From Scyliorhinus canicula (Eukaryota): 64,000 nt of DNA. Shown here piece by piece: positions 1-13,339 of the stretch (position 1 is the first letter of the stretch; the number at the start of each line of letters is the position of its first letter). The stretch covers positions 16,277,327 to 16,341,326 of the forward strand of contig NC_052172.1 in NCBI RefSeq assembly GCF_902713615.1, read 5' to 3'. Position numbers and translations under genes: made by a program. The notes under the pieces are model-generated. The model had not been told where the DNA came from and did no database searches. It saw only the letters and a list, made by a program, of their open reading frames with translations.

Positions 1-3000
1 ACTCCTCTACAATCCTCTTAGCTGAAATATTTTGTAATGGAATGGCTGAAGAAATCTAGTCGACACATCCATTATGGTATAATGCTGATTCCTATTTTTC
101 GTCTTAGGAAAGGGTCCCACACAATCCATTAGCACCCTAGTAAAAGGTTCCTCAAATGCTGGAATGGGTATTAAAGGTGCTGGTTTGATTACTGCTTGAG
201 GTTTCCCTATTACCTGATGTGTGACATAGAACATAGAACATACAGTGCAGAAGGAGGCCATTCGGCCCATCGAGTTTGCACCGACCCACTTAAGCCCTCA
301 CTTCCACCCTATCCCCGTAACCCAATAGCCCCGCCCAACCTTTTTTTTGGTCACTAAGGGCAATTTAGCAGGGCCAATCCACCTAACCTGCATGTCTTTG
401 GACTGTGGGAGGAAACCGGAACACCCGGAGGAAACCTACGCAGACACGGGGAGAACGGTCAGACTCCGTACAGACAGTGCCCCAGCGGGGAATCGAACCT
501 GGGACCCTGGCGCTGTGAAGCCACAGTGCTAATCACTTGTGCTACCGTGCCGCCCCTGTATGGCAATGTATGGCAAAATTCAACTACATACTGAAAATGA
601 AAATCGCTTATTGTCACGAGTAGGCTTCAATGAAGTTACTGTGAAAAGCCCCTAGTCGCCACATTCCGGCGCCTGTCCGGGGAGGCTGGTACGGGTACTT
701 ATGCAGTCCAGGACAATAAAAATAATTTTGTATTTTTACTTGAGTTTTCCTGACTTCCAAATGGTCCCCAACTGGAATCTCATGCGCCACCCACAAAACC
801 TCCTTCCAAAACCCACCGGTAATGCAACTTGATGAAGTTCTGCCTGTTTCTCATCTGCCTGAAAATGTAACAGTCTCCCAATGTAATAACAATCCAGTAT
901 ACACTCAGATTCTGTTTCTGAGTATGCTTTCTGACACAACTGCTTTATCTCTGAATCCTTCTGTTGAAATTCTACCAATTTTCTGGAACTGAAGATATTC
1001 ACTTCATCCTCCACCTTCTGTTTTTCCCTTTGAAGCCATCTGGTCAAAGATTGTTTCTGATAACTCAACCTTGGCCTCCCTTTCTCTGCTCCATGATTTC
1101 TCCACCGCCTGTCTCAACCTGTGTTTTAATGATCTTGTTCCCACACAATCTGGAAACACCCCAGGATATCCAGTTGTTTGACTTTCCACCAGCTTTTCAA
1201 CCACAGTAGGCATCAGTCTCACCACTCCCCCGCCCTATCCCCACAATCCCACCTGACCTGCACATCTGTGGACACCACGGGCAATTTTTAGCAAGGCCAA
1301 TCCACCTAACCTGCACGTCTTTGGACTGTGAGAGGAAACTGGAGCACCTGCAGGAAACCCATGCAGACACGGGGAGAACGTGCAAACTCCACAGTCACCA
1401 AGGGCGGAATCAAACCCAGGTCCCTGGTGCTGTGAGGCACCACTTCACCAGACTCTCTAACTTTACCTTACATAATAAGAACATAAGGAGTAGGAGCAGG
1501 AGTAGGCCATCTGGCCCCTCGTGCCAGCTCCGCCATTCAATTAGATCATGGCTGATCTTTTGTGGACTCAGCTCCACTTTCCGGCCCGAACACCATAACC
1601 CTTAATCCCTTTATTCCTCAACAATCTATCTATCTCTAGTTTAAAAACATTTAATGAAGGAGCCTCAACTGCTTCACTGGGCAAGTAATCCCATAGATTC
1701 GCAACCCTTTGGGTGAAGAAGTTTCTCCTAAACTCAGTCCTAAATCTACTTCCTCTTATTTTGAGGCTATGCCCCCTAGTTCTGCTTTCACCCGCCAGTG
1801 GAAACAACCTGCCTGCATCTATCCTATCTATTCCCTTCATAATTTTAAATGTTTCTATAAGATCCCCCCTCACCCTTCTAAATTCCAACGAGTACAGTCC
1901 CAGTCTACTCAACCTCTCCTCGTAATCCAACCCCTTCAGCTCTGGGATTAACCTAGTGAATCTCCTCTGCACACCCTCCAGTGCCAGTATGTCCTTTCTC
2001 AAGTAAGGAGACCAAAACTGAACACAATACTCCAGGTGTGGCCTCACTAACACCGTATAATGGAATATTACTCACATTACCAGTAATCCCACATATCACC
2101 ACCTTTTCTGGTAATACTCCGAAATGACATAGCTCCTTATCGCTTGATAAAGATTGACTTGCTCCTGTATCCCTTAAGATCTTAACCCCCTGGGCGGCAC
2201 AGTGGTTAGCACTGCTGCCTCACAGCGCCAAGGACCCGGGTTTCATCCCGGCCCCTGGTCACTGTCCGTGCGGAGTTTGCACATTCTCCCCGTGTCCGTG
2301 TGGGTCTCAACCCCACAAACCCAAAAGATGTGGATTGGCCACGCTAAATTGCCCCTTAACTGGAAAAAAGAATGAATTGGGTACCTCAAATTGATTTTTT
2401 TTAAGGATCTTAACCTCCTTGTCTACTCCACCTTGTACACATGAGTAAACGTTATCCTCACAAATAAAATTTTGGAAAAGATCTGACACCTTCTTGCCAA
2501 CCAACCTCTGAGCTACACTCTTATGCACCTCTTCTGCTGCACCAATGGGTTTTCTTCCCACTTTATTAAACCCTATTTTTAATAATCTGTTTTTCCATTA
2601 CTTTTCTTCAGCCACCTACAATGTGACTTTGTGTGCCCAACCTTATTACAATGAAAACATTTAAGTTTGCTTAAATCTCTTTCACCCCATTAGTTTCCTT
2701 TTTAATCCAAGGCAAAATCTCTTTACTATCTCCAGCTGGAGGGGCAGCACAGTGGTGCAGTGGTTAGCACTGCTGCCTCATGGCGCCAAGGTCCCAGGTT
2801 CGATCCCGGCTCTGGGTCACTGTCCGTGTGGAGTTTGCACATTCTCCCCGTGTCTGCGTGGGTCTCACCCCCACAACCCAAAGATGTGCAGGATAGGTGG
2901 ATTGGCCACGCTAAATTGCCCCTTAATTGGAAAACATGAATTGGGTATACTAAATTTATTTTTAAAAAACATCTCCAACTAGATCTCCCTCGCCTTGACC

Positions 3001-3950
3001 ACCCATGGATTTCTTACTTCCCAGTTTCTATCCTTCATAGATTGAAATTGATACCAAAAGCCAAACTTTGATTTGCGAACCAATTCAAAATCATCTGCCA
3101 TTTCTGCTGCCTCTCTAGCAGTTTTAACCCTTTGCTCTTCCACATGAGTTCTCACTACTGCGGGAAGTGAATCTTTACATTCCTCCAAAATAACTATTTC
3201 CCTAAGAGATCCATATGTTAGGTCTATTTTTAATCCAATCCATCTATCAAAATTATTTTATTTGATTCCTTTGAATACTACATATGTCTGACCTGGTTCT
3301 TTCCTTAGATTTGTAAACTGTGTGTAGGCTTCTGGCAGTTCACATGCACTTAAAATGTTTTTCCTCACCTCATCATAATCCCGAGATACCTCCTCTGATA
3401 GTGATGCAACACTTCACAGGCTCTACCTAATAACTTTGTTTGAAATAACAATGGCGACATGGCTTTTGGATTGGATTGGATTTGTTTACTGTCACTTGTA
3501 CCGAGGTACAGTGAAAAGCATTTTTCTGCGAGCAGCTCAACAGATCATTAAGTACATGGGACGAAAAGAAAATACATAATAGGGAATTAAATTTTAAAAG
3601 ATTAGAACGAGTATAAGTTAAGTAAAAAGTGGATCTGTTGGGGAGAGCTCGCAGAGAGTCGCCACGCTCCGGCGCCATCTTCTGGACATTCACTTTGGAC
3701 ATTCTGCACATTCATTTTGGCTACTTCAATTGTTTTTTTTATAAATTTAGAGTACCCAATTATTTTTTTCTAATTAAGGGGCAATTTAGCGTGACCAAGC
3801 CACCTACCCTGCACAACCCATCTTTGGGCTATGAGACCCACACAAACACGGGGAGAATATGCAAACCTGGCTACTTCAATTGTTTAGCCGCTTTCTCAAA
3901 TGACATTTTTTAAAAAGGCTTCCACATCTTCCTCTTCAAATCGGGGCAGT
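1..3950 (-). mobile_element. Decayed Gypsy (Gmr1-like) LTR retrotransposon internal region, fragmented by SINE/LINE insertions
   Basis: Gag-like LEECKDSLPAVVRTHVEEQRVKTAREAAEMADDF (~3080-3190). Zinc knuckle CFHCNKVGHTKSHC (~2618-2660). Protease ILRDTGASQS (~2150-2185). Integrase HEIPVGDHL...YFYCPGLH (~700-800) and EPFTRVLMDCVGPFPKTK (1-200). Confidence 0.8.
1470..2058 (-). mobile_element. CR1-clade LINE 3' fragment
   Basis: LVRPHLEYCVQFWSPY...TRGHSLK...RRNFFTQRV ORF2 C-terminus plus 3' UTR ending in short tandem repeats. Confidence 0.9.
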
Positions 3951-6489
3951 ACATAGAACATAGAACATAGAACAGTACAGCACAGAACAGGCCCTTCGGC
4001 CCTCGATGTTGTGCCGAACAATGATCACCCTACTTAAACCCACGTAACCCGTATACCCATAACCCAACAATCCCCCCATTAACCTTACACTACGGGCAAT
4101 TTAGCATGGCCAATCCACCTAACCCGCACATCTTTGGACTGTGGGAGGAAACCGGAGCACCCGGAGGAAACCCACGCACACACGGGGAGGACGTGCAGAC
4201 TCCACACAGACAGTGACCCAGCCGGGAATCAAACCTGGGACCCTGGAGCTGTGAAGCATTGATGCTAACCACCATGCTACCGTGAGGCCCCGTGAGTACC
4301 GTGAGTACTTGAATATATTTAAATAGATCCCCACTAGGCTTTTTAATAAGAGGGGTTACTCCTCCCGTTAAACTTTCCTCGACTTCTGCCTTGACTATCA
4401 AAATTTTGAGTTGATGTTCTCTCTCTCTCTCTCTCCTTATCCCAGCCTCTCTTTATAGCTGAAATGCTCCAGCCCAGGCAACATCCTGGTGAATCTCCTC
4501 TGCACATTCTCCAATGCAGTCGTATCATTCTTTATAGTGTGACGTCCAGAACTGCGCTGTAGTCCAGCTGTGGCCTAACGTGTTTTACACGGCTCCATCA
4601 TAACCTCACTGCTCTTTTACTCTACGCTTGGCTAATAGAGGCACATGCCTTCCTAACCACCCTATCCCCATGTCCTGCTGCCTTCAGGGACCTTTGGACA
4701 TGCTCCCCAAGGTCCCTGTGGTCCTCTGTGCTTCCCAGCATCCTACCGTTCATTGTGTATTCCCCCTGCCCTGCTCACCTTCTCAAAATTGCAACACTTT
4801 GAGTTAATTTCCATTGTCAGACATACATTTCCAGATGGACAAAATGCAAATCCTTGAAATTCCCTGGTGTTATTTACATAATCAGGGGCGCTTAACAGAG
4901 AAAAAAAATGGCAAAGTCTTATCAGATTCAAATAAGATTCAGAAAAACTATCCCCTCGCTGTGCATAGTTTTTTAAAATGGGTTTTTAAAAGACTTACAT
5001 TTCTTTTAAAAATAAATTTAGAGTACCCAATTCACGTTTTCCAATTATGGCTCAATTTAGCATGGCCAATCCACCTACCCTACACATCTTAGGGTTGTGG
5101 GGGTGAGACACATTCAAACATGGGGAGAATGTGCAAACTCCACACGGACAGTGACCCAGAGCCGGCATCGAACCTGGGACCTTGGTGCCGTGAGGCAGCA
5201 GTGCTAACCACTGCGCCACCTTGCTGCCTAAAAAGATTTCTATAGCACCTTACAGCCAGTGAAGTGCTATTGAATTGTACTCACTGTTGCAATGCGAGAG
5301 AGAGAGGTGGGCATAGCAAGATCCCACAAACAGCAACAGGAAGGATGTAATTGGAGGTGTTGTCTTGGCTGGAGGGCTTCAGCTATGAAGCGAGGTTGTT
5401 TAGGTTGGGGTTGTTTTTCTCGGAGTAGAGAGGGCTGAGGGGGAGGGGGTGTCAGGTTGACATGTACGAAATTATGAGGGACATAGATAGGGTGGATGGG
5501 AAGAAACTTAATAATAATCCTTATTAGTGTGACAAGTAGGCTTACATTAACCCTGCAATGAAGTTACTGTGAAAATCCCCTCGTCGCCACATTCTGGCGC
5601 CTGTTCGGGTACACAGAGGGAGAATTCAGAATGTCCAATTCACCCAACAAGCACGTCTTTCAGGACTTGTGGGAGGAAACCGGAGCACCCGGAGGGAATC
5701 CACAGGGAGAACGGGCAGACTCCGCACAGACAGCGACCCAAGCCGGGAATCGAAACCGGGACCCTGGTGCTGTGAAGCCACAGTGATAACCACTATGCTA
5801 CCGTGCTGCCCTCAGTAGAGGGGGATCAATAACCATAGATGTAAGACAAAGGGTTTGCAGAGGATGTGAGGAAAAACCTTTTCACCCAGAGGGGGATGGG
5901 AATCTGGAACTCGCTGCCTGAAAGGGCGGTGGAGGCGGGAACCCTCACAACATTTAAGAAGCATTTTCGATGAGCACTCGGAACATCCCAGCGACACAAG
6001 GCTACGGACCAAATGCTGGGAAATGGGATTAGGATAGGTGCTTGACAGCCGGCACAGTAATGATGGGCTGAAGGGCCTCTCTCTGTGCTGTAAAACTGAC
6101 TTTATGAGCTCTATGAGTCACACCCCACCGATGACCACAATCAGGTGCAAAATAACAAGTTAAATCAGTTCTGTAGAACGGACTCGAAACATTAATTCTG
6201 TTTCTTTCTCCACTGATGCTGCCAGACCTGCTGAGTTTATCGAACACTTTGCCCTTCTATTTAAGTTAAAACTCTGCCTGGCTGTCAGCAAACATTACCG
6301 GCAAACACAATGCTGTTTAATACTACACTTTAATCCCAATATTAAAAAAAAACAATGAGGTTGCCACACAATCTTATTCCATTTAATTTTCAACTCAACA
6401 TTTGACTTAAGCATGTAAAAGATTACCTCGTTCAGAGGGAATATAAAGGTGTTGAAATACTGATATGATACAGATAACTTTTAAAATAA

Positions 6490-6495
6490 TTTATT
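6490..6495 (-). terminator. Candidate polyadenylation signal of the FoxG gene
   Basis: AATAAA on the minus strand ~110 nt after the stop; a second signal, ATTAAA, lies at 6382-6387. Confidence 0.5.
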
Positions 6496-6603
6496 CTGCC
6501 CCCCCCCCCAACTTCTCGAAAACAAAATACACATAATATAACATAGTCAATTGCACCTCAACATCTGCTATTCACAAAATAAATAACCCTCTGCGGGTTT
6601 TTT

Positions 6604-7641
6604 TTACAGGATAAAGGGGGTCTCCAGGTTCTGGGTGGGGAAATAAAGCCCTGGGAACGTTGCAGGAGGGGGTCTCCTGAATTCTCTGCTCTTCAGCAGC
6701 GGCTGGGCTATTCCACTGAGGGGGGCGGCGCCGGGGCTGGCGAGAGGCGACAGCTGCGAGAAGAGGTAGGTGGTCTGGCCGGCCAGGAGGTTGAACGGGC
6801 ACGGGCTGCAGGGTGGCGACGAGGTGCAGGAGGAGGGGGAGAGCCCGCAGGGCAGTGAGGCGGCGGGGCTGAGATGCTGGCTTCCGCCGTAGCCGGGCAA
6901 CTCCGGCACGTGGGCACCGGGCTGGGCGCAGAGGAGGGACACGGTGTAAGGGGGCGGCGGGTAGGGCGAGGCTGGGCTGTAACTCAGGGGGTGCGCGCCC
7001 TGGAGGTGAGGCTGCTGCAGGGACAGGATGGGGGACATGGGCCAGTAGAGAGAGCTGGCCAATGCCAACCCTGTGGACGCCAGCCTCGCCCCCCTCTTGT
7101 AAGCCAATTTGGCCCGGACTGGGGTGGACCTCCTCCTTAATTTGCCTGTGGCGCCCCCAATGAAGACATCATCGCTGGAGGGGTCAAGCATCCAGTAGTT
7201 GCCTTTCCCAGGGTCATCATAGTGCCTGGGCACCTTGACAAAGCACTTGTTGAGGCTCAGGTTGTGTCTGATAGAATTCTGCCAGCCTTGCTTGTTCTCC
7301 TTGTAGTAAGGGAAATTCTGCACGATGAACTCATAGATGCCACTGAGAGTCAGCCTCTTCTGGGGGCTCTGGCGGATGGCCATCATGATCAGGGCGTTGT
7401 AGCTGAAAGGGGGCTTCTCGGAGTTTCCAAGCCCCTTCGCCTCCTCTGCCTCCCCTCCCGGCGCCCTGCTCCTCTCCTGGCTCGCAAGTTCAGTCTCCTG
7501 CTCCTCCGTTGCTGCTCCCTTCCCCTTTTCCTGCCTCACAGGCTCTCTCGCCCCCTCTCCACTCAGAACCTCCTCGGGCAAGAGGCTCTGGATGCTGAAG
7601 GACCTTTTGGGGGTCACCGTGGCCTTTTTCAGATCTGCCAT
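6604..7641 (-). CDS. FOXG3: Forkhead box G protein (FOXG1-like paralog, probably FoxG3), intronless, 345 aa
   Basis: ATG at 7641 (gtgATGg) and TAA at 6604-6606. N-terminal eh1 motif FSIQSLL. Forkhead domain [30 protein letters not shown]...KGNYWMLDP is followed by FoxG-specific [38 protein letters not shown] and NLLAGQT motifs. FoxG family is near certain; the paralog name is inferred from divergence and synteny. Confidence 0.9.
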   Translation of the reverse strand: MADLKKATVTPKRSFSIQSLLPEEVLSGEGAREPVRQEKGKGAATEEQETELASQERSRAPGGEAEEAKGLGNSEKPPFSYNALIMMAIRQSPQKRLTLSGIYEFIVQNFPYYKENKQGWQNSIRHNLSLNKCFVKVPRHYDDPGKGNYWMLDPSSDDVFIGGATGKLRRRSTPVRAKLAYKRGARLASTGLALASSLYWPMSPILSLQQPHLQGAHPLSYSPASPYPPPPYTVSLLCAQPGAHVPELPGYGGSQHLSPAASLPCGLSPSSCTSSPPCSPCPFNLLAGQTTYLFSQLSPLASPGAAPLSGIAQPLLKSREFRRPPPATFPGLYFPTQNLETPFIL

Positions 7642-7760
7642 CACCCACCAGCACACACATACATAACACACAGCAAACTCCTCTGCTGCCCCATTGAGAA
7701 ATCTCCCCAAATAGGCTAGACAGGCACCTCCTCCCATCTCCCTCACACCCCCCTCTATCA

Positions 7761-7802
7761 AAGCCAATCACCTCCCAGCTCTTTGCTAACAGGTCCAATC
7801 AG
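7761..7802. promoter_or_regulatory. Paired CCAAT (NF-Y-type) boxes, candidate FoxG proximal promoter
   Basis: agCCAATca at 7764-7768 and gtCCAATcag at 7795-7799, 31 bp apart and 125-160 bp upstream of the ATG. Confidence 0.4.
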
Positions 7803-8370
7803 ATTCTACCCGTCTCCATTCACATTTCCCCACCCACCCATTCAAATCCAGCCTCCCAGATCCACAGAAAATATTTGAAGCTTTCTGGCAAAATCATTCT
7901 CCCACAAGGAAAGGCAACAACAGTTTCGTGTTCAGCCCCAATCTCTCCCGATCCGTGGAGAGCTCCTGATTCCTGCCTCGCTTTTATTAAACGAAAAGTT
8001 CTGATTTGAGTTTTAAACCAGGGTGACAGACACACACGCACATATTCCGATTCAAAACACACGCAGCTATGGAGCCAAACACAGACAGGCTCAAACAGAA
8101 ACACAATCTCAAACACAAACGCACACACAGCCTCAAGAAACACACATTTCGATTCGAAACACACACAGACTCAAACACATACCAAATCCAGACAGGAACA
8201 CACATACAAACTCAAACACACGCCCACCGTGTCAAACACGCACACTTGTAAGGATTCAAAACACCTTGATACAGACAGATTCAAACATAAACACAATCTC
8301 AAACACATACACAACCTCAAATAGACACCGTTTCAAACACACACAACGTATGGATTCAAAACACCTTGAA

Positions 8371-8567
8371 AGAAATGAAATGAAATGAAAATGAAAATCG
8401 CTTATTGTCACAAGTCGGCTTCAAATGAAGTTACTGTGAAAAGCCCCTAGTCGCCACATTCTGGCGCCTGTTTGGGGAGGCTGGTACGGGAATTGAACCG
8501 TGCTGCTGGCCTGCCTTGGTTTGCTGTCAAAGTCAGCGATTTAGCCCAGTGAGCTAAACCAGCCCCT
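8371..8567 (-). mobile_element. Second tRNA-derived SINE family (head ggggctggtttagctcac; (tttca)n tail)
   Basis: Related copies at ~22770-22950(+), ~35882-36030(+), ~50550-50722(-) and a tail-only piece at 592-697. Confidence 0.75.
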
Positions 8568-11039
8568 ATACAGCAGCTGATACAGGCACAAACACAGACA
8601 GACTCAAACCTAAACACAATCTCAAACACAAACACAGTTTAAACACACAGAAACTTGAGCGTAAGCACGCAGTTTCAAAATATACGGATACAGACACAAA
8701 CACAGACAAACTTAGGCATGAACACAATCTCAAACACAGACACAAACTCAAATAGGCACAGTTTCAAACACACATAAACCTGAGTGTAAACATGCACAGT
8801 TTCAAAATATGCAGACACAGAGATAAACACAGACAAACTCAAACAGACACAAGCTTCAGCATAAACATGCACAGTTTCAAAACACACTGATACAGACACA
8901 ACCCCAAACTTAAACATACACACACTAGCTGACAAGGAAAGGCAGATTCAGCCCATACACAGACTTTCGAATATTTCAAACGCGCAGGCAAACTTAAACA
9001 CAAACACCCACCCACACAGGGACAGGGGCAAACACATAGATACAGGGGCAGGCACAGCTGGACAGATATACACACAAAGTCAAACACACACAGACCTCAG
9101 ACATATAGATACAGGAACCGGTACAATCCTAGAACACAGCAATTAGGGACAGGAGCAGGCCATTCGGCCCTTCGATCTTATTCCGTCATTGGATGAGATT
9201 GTGACCTCAACTCCACTTTCCCATCTTCCCCCAACAACCCCCCACCCTCCCCATCCCAATTTTGCCCAACGAAGAATCTTGAATATATTCAATGGCCCTG
9301 TCTTCACTGCTCCCTGAGGACGGATTCCACGGACTAATCAGCCTCTGACTAGAGAGAGAGAAACAGTTCTCATCTCAGTTTTAAAGAAGCTCATTCTCAA
9401 AGACAAATTCTCCTCCAGCCCAGTCTTAACAGGCACCGCGGACAGACAGACACGCGGCGTGTTTATAACCTGGTGCACATTTAAACTTGAAGGTGCAATG
9501 GGAGATACAATTCACAGGCGACTCGCGAAAGAGCATCAAATCTAATGTCCACGCTTCTGAAAAACTGCCTTCCATTGAGATACCGTGGAGTTCAGACGGA
9601 TTCAAAATGTTGTCTATTTATCTCCACAGATGCTGCATGTTCTACTAAATCCTCCACCCCAGCGTTTGTGTTTATTGTGATATATCCTTCAGTGTGGTTT
9701 TCATGAATTGAGTTTCAACATCGTCAATAACATCAAAAACAATCGCATTAAACAAAAACACTTTTTGAATTTTGCTTTCAGTGTATTTAGCAATTTATAG
9801 TTTCCCATAGCTTCATATTATATTTATCGTTTTATAGTTTCATGTCATATTATTTAATCGTTTCCTATTGTATTATTTTTAATATTTCACGTTACATTTA
9901 TAGATTTCCACTATCCTTGCCCACCCCCCAGAGTTACCAGAGTATCAATTATCCGCAAGGGCAAAATGAGTACTGTTCAAGGCGGGGAGTTTAAACAACT
10001 TCTGTTGTTTATAAAGCTAAAGAGTCAATATTTTTTCATCGATGTTGGATCATTCTATCGCAGGGGAATGTCCAGAAACGATTTCATCCGTTTTAAACCC
10101 AGGGTTAAATCGCTGATTCATTTAAGTAGCAGTCTGTGCAAATTGCTACTTGCTTTCTGGAACCCCCGTGTCTTTCGTTGCCTCCCACTCCCTCTTCCAA
10201 TCGATTTGTCGATAGATTATGAGTATTTTCGATGCATCTTTTTAAAAAGAAAATACTTCAATAAAGTTGGGCTGCCACCCCTCTCCACGAAGATTCACGA
10301 ATGTCTTGCAGCACGTGGAAATCCTGGTGCCTTAATCTGAAATATTTCCTCTCCCCATGTCTCTGGAAACTCAAATGTCCCAATAAATGTTTGTACTGGG
10401 GAAGTCGACTGCTGCTTTGATTCACCTAAGAAATCCACCAGCATTTTATTAACCCAATCGTCTGATCCCCCCCCCCCCCCCCCCCCGCCCTCGCCCTCCT
10501 CCATTGAATTTAAGGGAAAGATGTATTTAAAATCGGGCCATTCAAATCGATTCCTCTGACTGTATTTGATTCCGGATTGTGCTGTTAGCGTTTGGTGGAG
10601 AGAGTCTTTTAAAAACTCTGCCTCCTCCCAAACGCCAGGAGACATTTTACAAAGCACAATCTTTTTGTTTGTTTCTTGGGGAAATACTTTTTTCTTGAAA
10701 CCACAGATGTTTGGTATCTATTTCACCCTAAAATATATACCACCTGAAATCTCCCACTCTGTTGTTTTCCTCCGGGCAAAAGTTGAATAGTTTAGTTTCA
10801 GCTTTTGAGTTCCATCCACTTAGAAGGTGGGGCTTTGCGGAAGATTGCAACGTTAAAATAAGAAGGGCATTTAAAGCAGTTAACACATTCCATTCTATTC
10901 CAACATTGGACATATTGTCCAACAGAAAACAATTAACAGTGTGGTCAGTTATTTTTTTTTCTGCTCCGATTCGATACAGTTTATCTTCTGCATTAAATTT
11001 AATAAAGCGGTTTAATATTCTGGTTTAATTTTAAACCCA

Positions 11040-11800
11040 TTCCCGTTTAAGTTCATTCAATATGTTTTCCTTTAATTCGATATTTTTAATTTTGTTCCAT
11101 CATTTAACTTTCATTTGCTGTTTTTAATTTCATTCTATATTTTTTATTTCATTTGCAAATTTAAATTTAATTAGAAAATTTAAATTGCGTTAGCAAATTT
11201 ACATTTCATTTGTTGTTTTTAACTTCATTTTATATTTTTAATTTAATTAGCAACTTTAACTTTCATTCAATAATTTAAATTTTGATTTGATATGTTTAAT
11301 TGCCTTTGGTAATTTGAATTTCATTCAATATTTTAAATTTATTTCAATCAGTTTAACTTGGTTTGATATTTTTGCTTTCATTCAATATTTTTAATTTCAT
11401 CCAGTATTTTAATGTAATTTGGTAATCTAAGTTTCATTTGATAATTGAAATTTAATTTGATAATTCAAATTTAATTTGATAATTTTAATTCAATTCGATC
11501 ATTTAAATTTCATTCACTATCTTAAATTTCATTAAATATTTAAAATTTAATTTGACATTTTAAATTTAATTTGCTAATTTAAATTTCATTTGATATTTTA
11601 AATTTCATTCAATATTTAAAATTTAATTAAATACTTAAAATTTCATTTGACATTTTCAATTTAATTTGCTCATTTAAATTTTAAATTTAAATTTCATTTG
11701 ATATTTTAAATTCCATCAAATGTTTTAAAATTCACTTGACATTTTAATTCCATTTGATATTTTTAAGCTCCTTTGATATTTTTGATTTCATTCGATATTT
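11040..11800. repeat. Very AT-rich degenerate ~20-bp tandem repeat
   Basis: Recurrent aaatttcatttgatatttt / aatttaatttgataat variants. Confidence 0.75.
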
Positions 11801-13339
11801 CAAAAGGTTTGCATGGCTCAAACACCCAAGCAGAATTTAGCAGCAATATATGCTATTGCACAATTTTAATTGCAAATTGAATAATTTGATGATGTTAAAC
11901 TGGGGTTATGTTCTTTTTTTCTGTGAAGGGCTGCGATTTGAGGTTTATTTTGCTTTATTGCAAAAGGGCGAGGCAACAGCTGGGTTTGTTCACAGTTTCA
12001 TTGACTGTCAGAATAGTCCTGTGTCTGAAGGATCCTTTATAAAATTCTGTACAGGGTCACCTCAGGGTAGGTCGATTGGTTTTGGAGTCTGTCATATTCC
12101 CAAAAGAGGTGGGAAGCGATGGGGAGCAAACTCTAATCCCAGTAATTGTATAGATATATTTTTAAAATTACAAACACATTCACAGCTCCAGAGTCCCCCA
12201 TGTTAGTCCACTGACCTTGTCCTCCTCTGCTACCCTGGTTTAAACCCACTGCTGGGAGTCTTCGCTCCACTTGGGCAGTGAAATGGCTGAATCTATCTAG
12301 ACTTTTCAACTTTGGGAGACGACTAAACTGTCAGACACAACTGGTACAGAACCGGTTAGTCAGCAAACCAACAATCGGCGGCACGGTGGCACAGTGGTTG
12401 GCACTGCTACCTCACGGCGCCGAGGACCTGGGTTCGATCCCAGCCCCGGGTCACTGTCAGTGTGGAGTTTGCACATTCTCCCCGTGTCTGCATGAGTTTT
12501 CACCCCTACAACCCAAAGATTTTTTAAAAATTTATTAGAGTACCCAATTAAGGGGCAATTTAGCGTGGCCAATCCCCCTACCCTGCACATCTTTGGGTTG
12601 TGGGGGTGAAACCCACGCAAACACGGGGAGAATGTGCAAACTCCACACGGACAGTGACCCAGGGCCGGGATCGAACCTGGGACCTCGGCGCCGTGAGGAA
12701 GCAGTGCTAACCCACTGCGCCACCGTGCCGCCCCCTACAACCCAAAGATGTACAGGGTAGGTGGATTGGTTGCACTTAATTGCGTCTGAACTGCAAAACA
12801 AAAAGAATTGGGTCCTCTAAATTTATTTTAAAAAGCAACAATGAAGATAATGAGAAAAGTACCAGTGGTTTGTCCATTTAAAAATCCAACATAGGCTGTT
12901 TAGAGCTGGAAACCCTCTTTCTCGGCCCTGACAAGCTGTCAGCGTCCCTGCATTAAATAAGATTGGGGCAGATTCTGTGGCCAGAGTCTGTGGGTCTCAA
13001 TCCAGCATTTGAAAGGGATTGACTTACACAGGAGCAGTTACAGGTTTACTGGGAATGTGTGGGAGGCTGGGACAGCAGAGGAGCTGCAACCCCCCCCCCC
13101 CCCCCCCCAACTCACTACCATCGCCTAAGGCTCGAATTTAGGATCAAAATGGGTCAACAGGATTCCAAACACTAACACGGGAATACATTGAAATCCCGTC
13201 CATGGAATGGAGATTTCAACAGGGGATAGAAAACATCCTGATGGCTGGGGATTTCACTTTCAATATGATTTAGACCCCCTCCCCCCAACACTACTCAGCA
13301 GCAACAATAAACTAGACTCATCCTGAGTGTTACTGGTCA

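Noticed and set aside
2741-2815. tRNA-like A/B boxes here and at many other sites
   Set aside because: SINE heads continuous with the V-domain body, not complete tRNA genes
7642-7767. N-terminal extension of the FoxG ORF in the ORF track
   Set aside because: Starts at a non-ATG codon; the eh1 motif position supports the ATG at 7641
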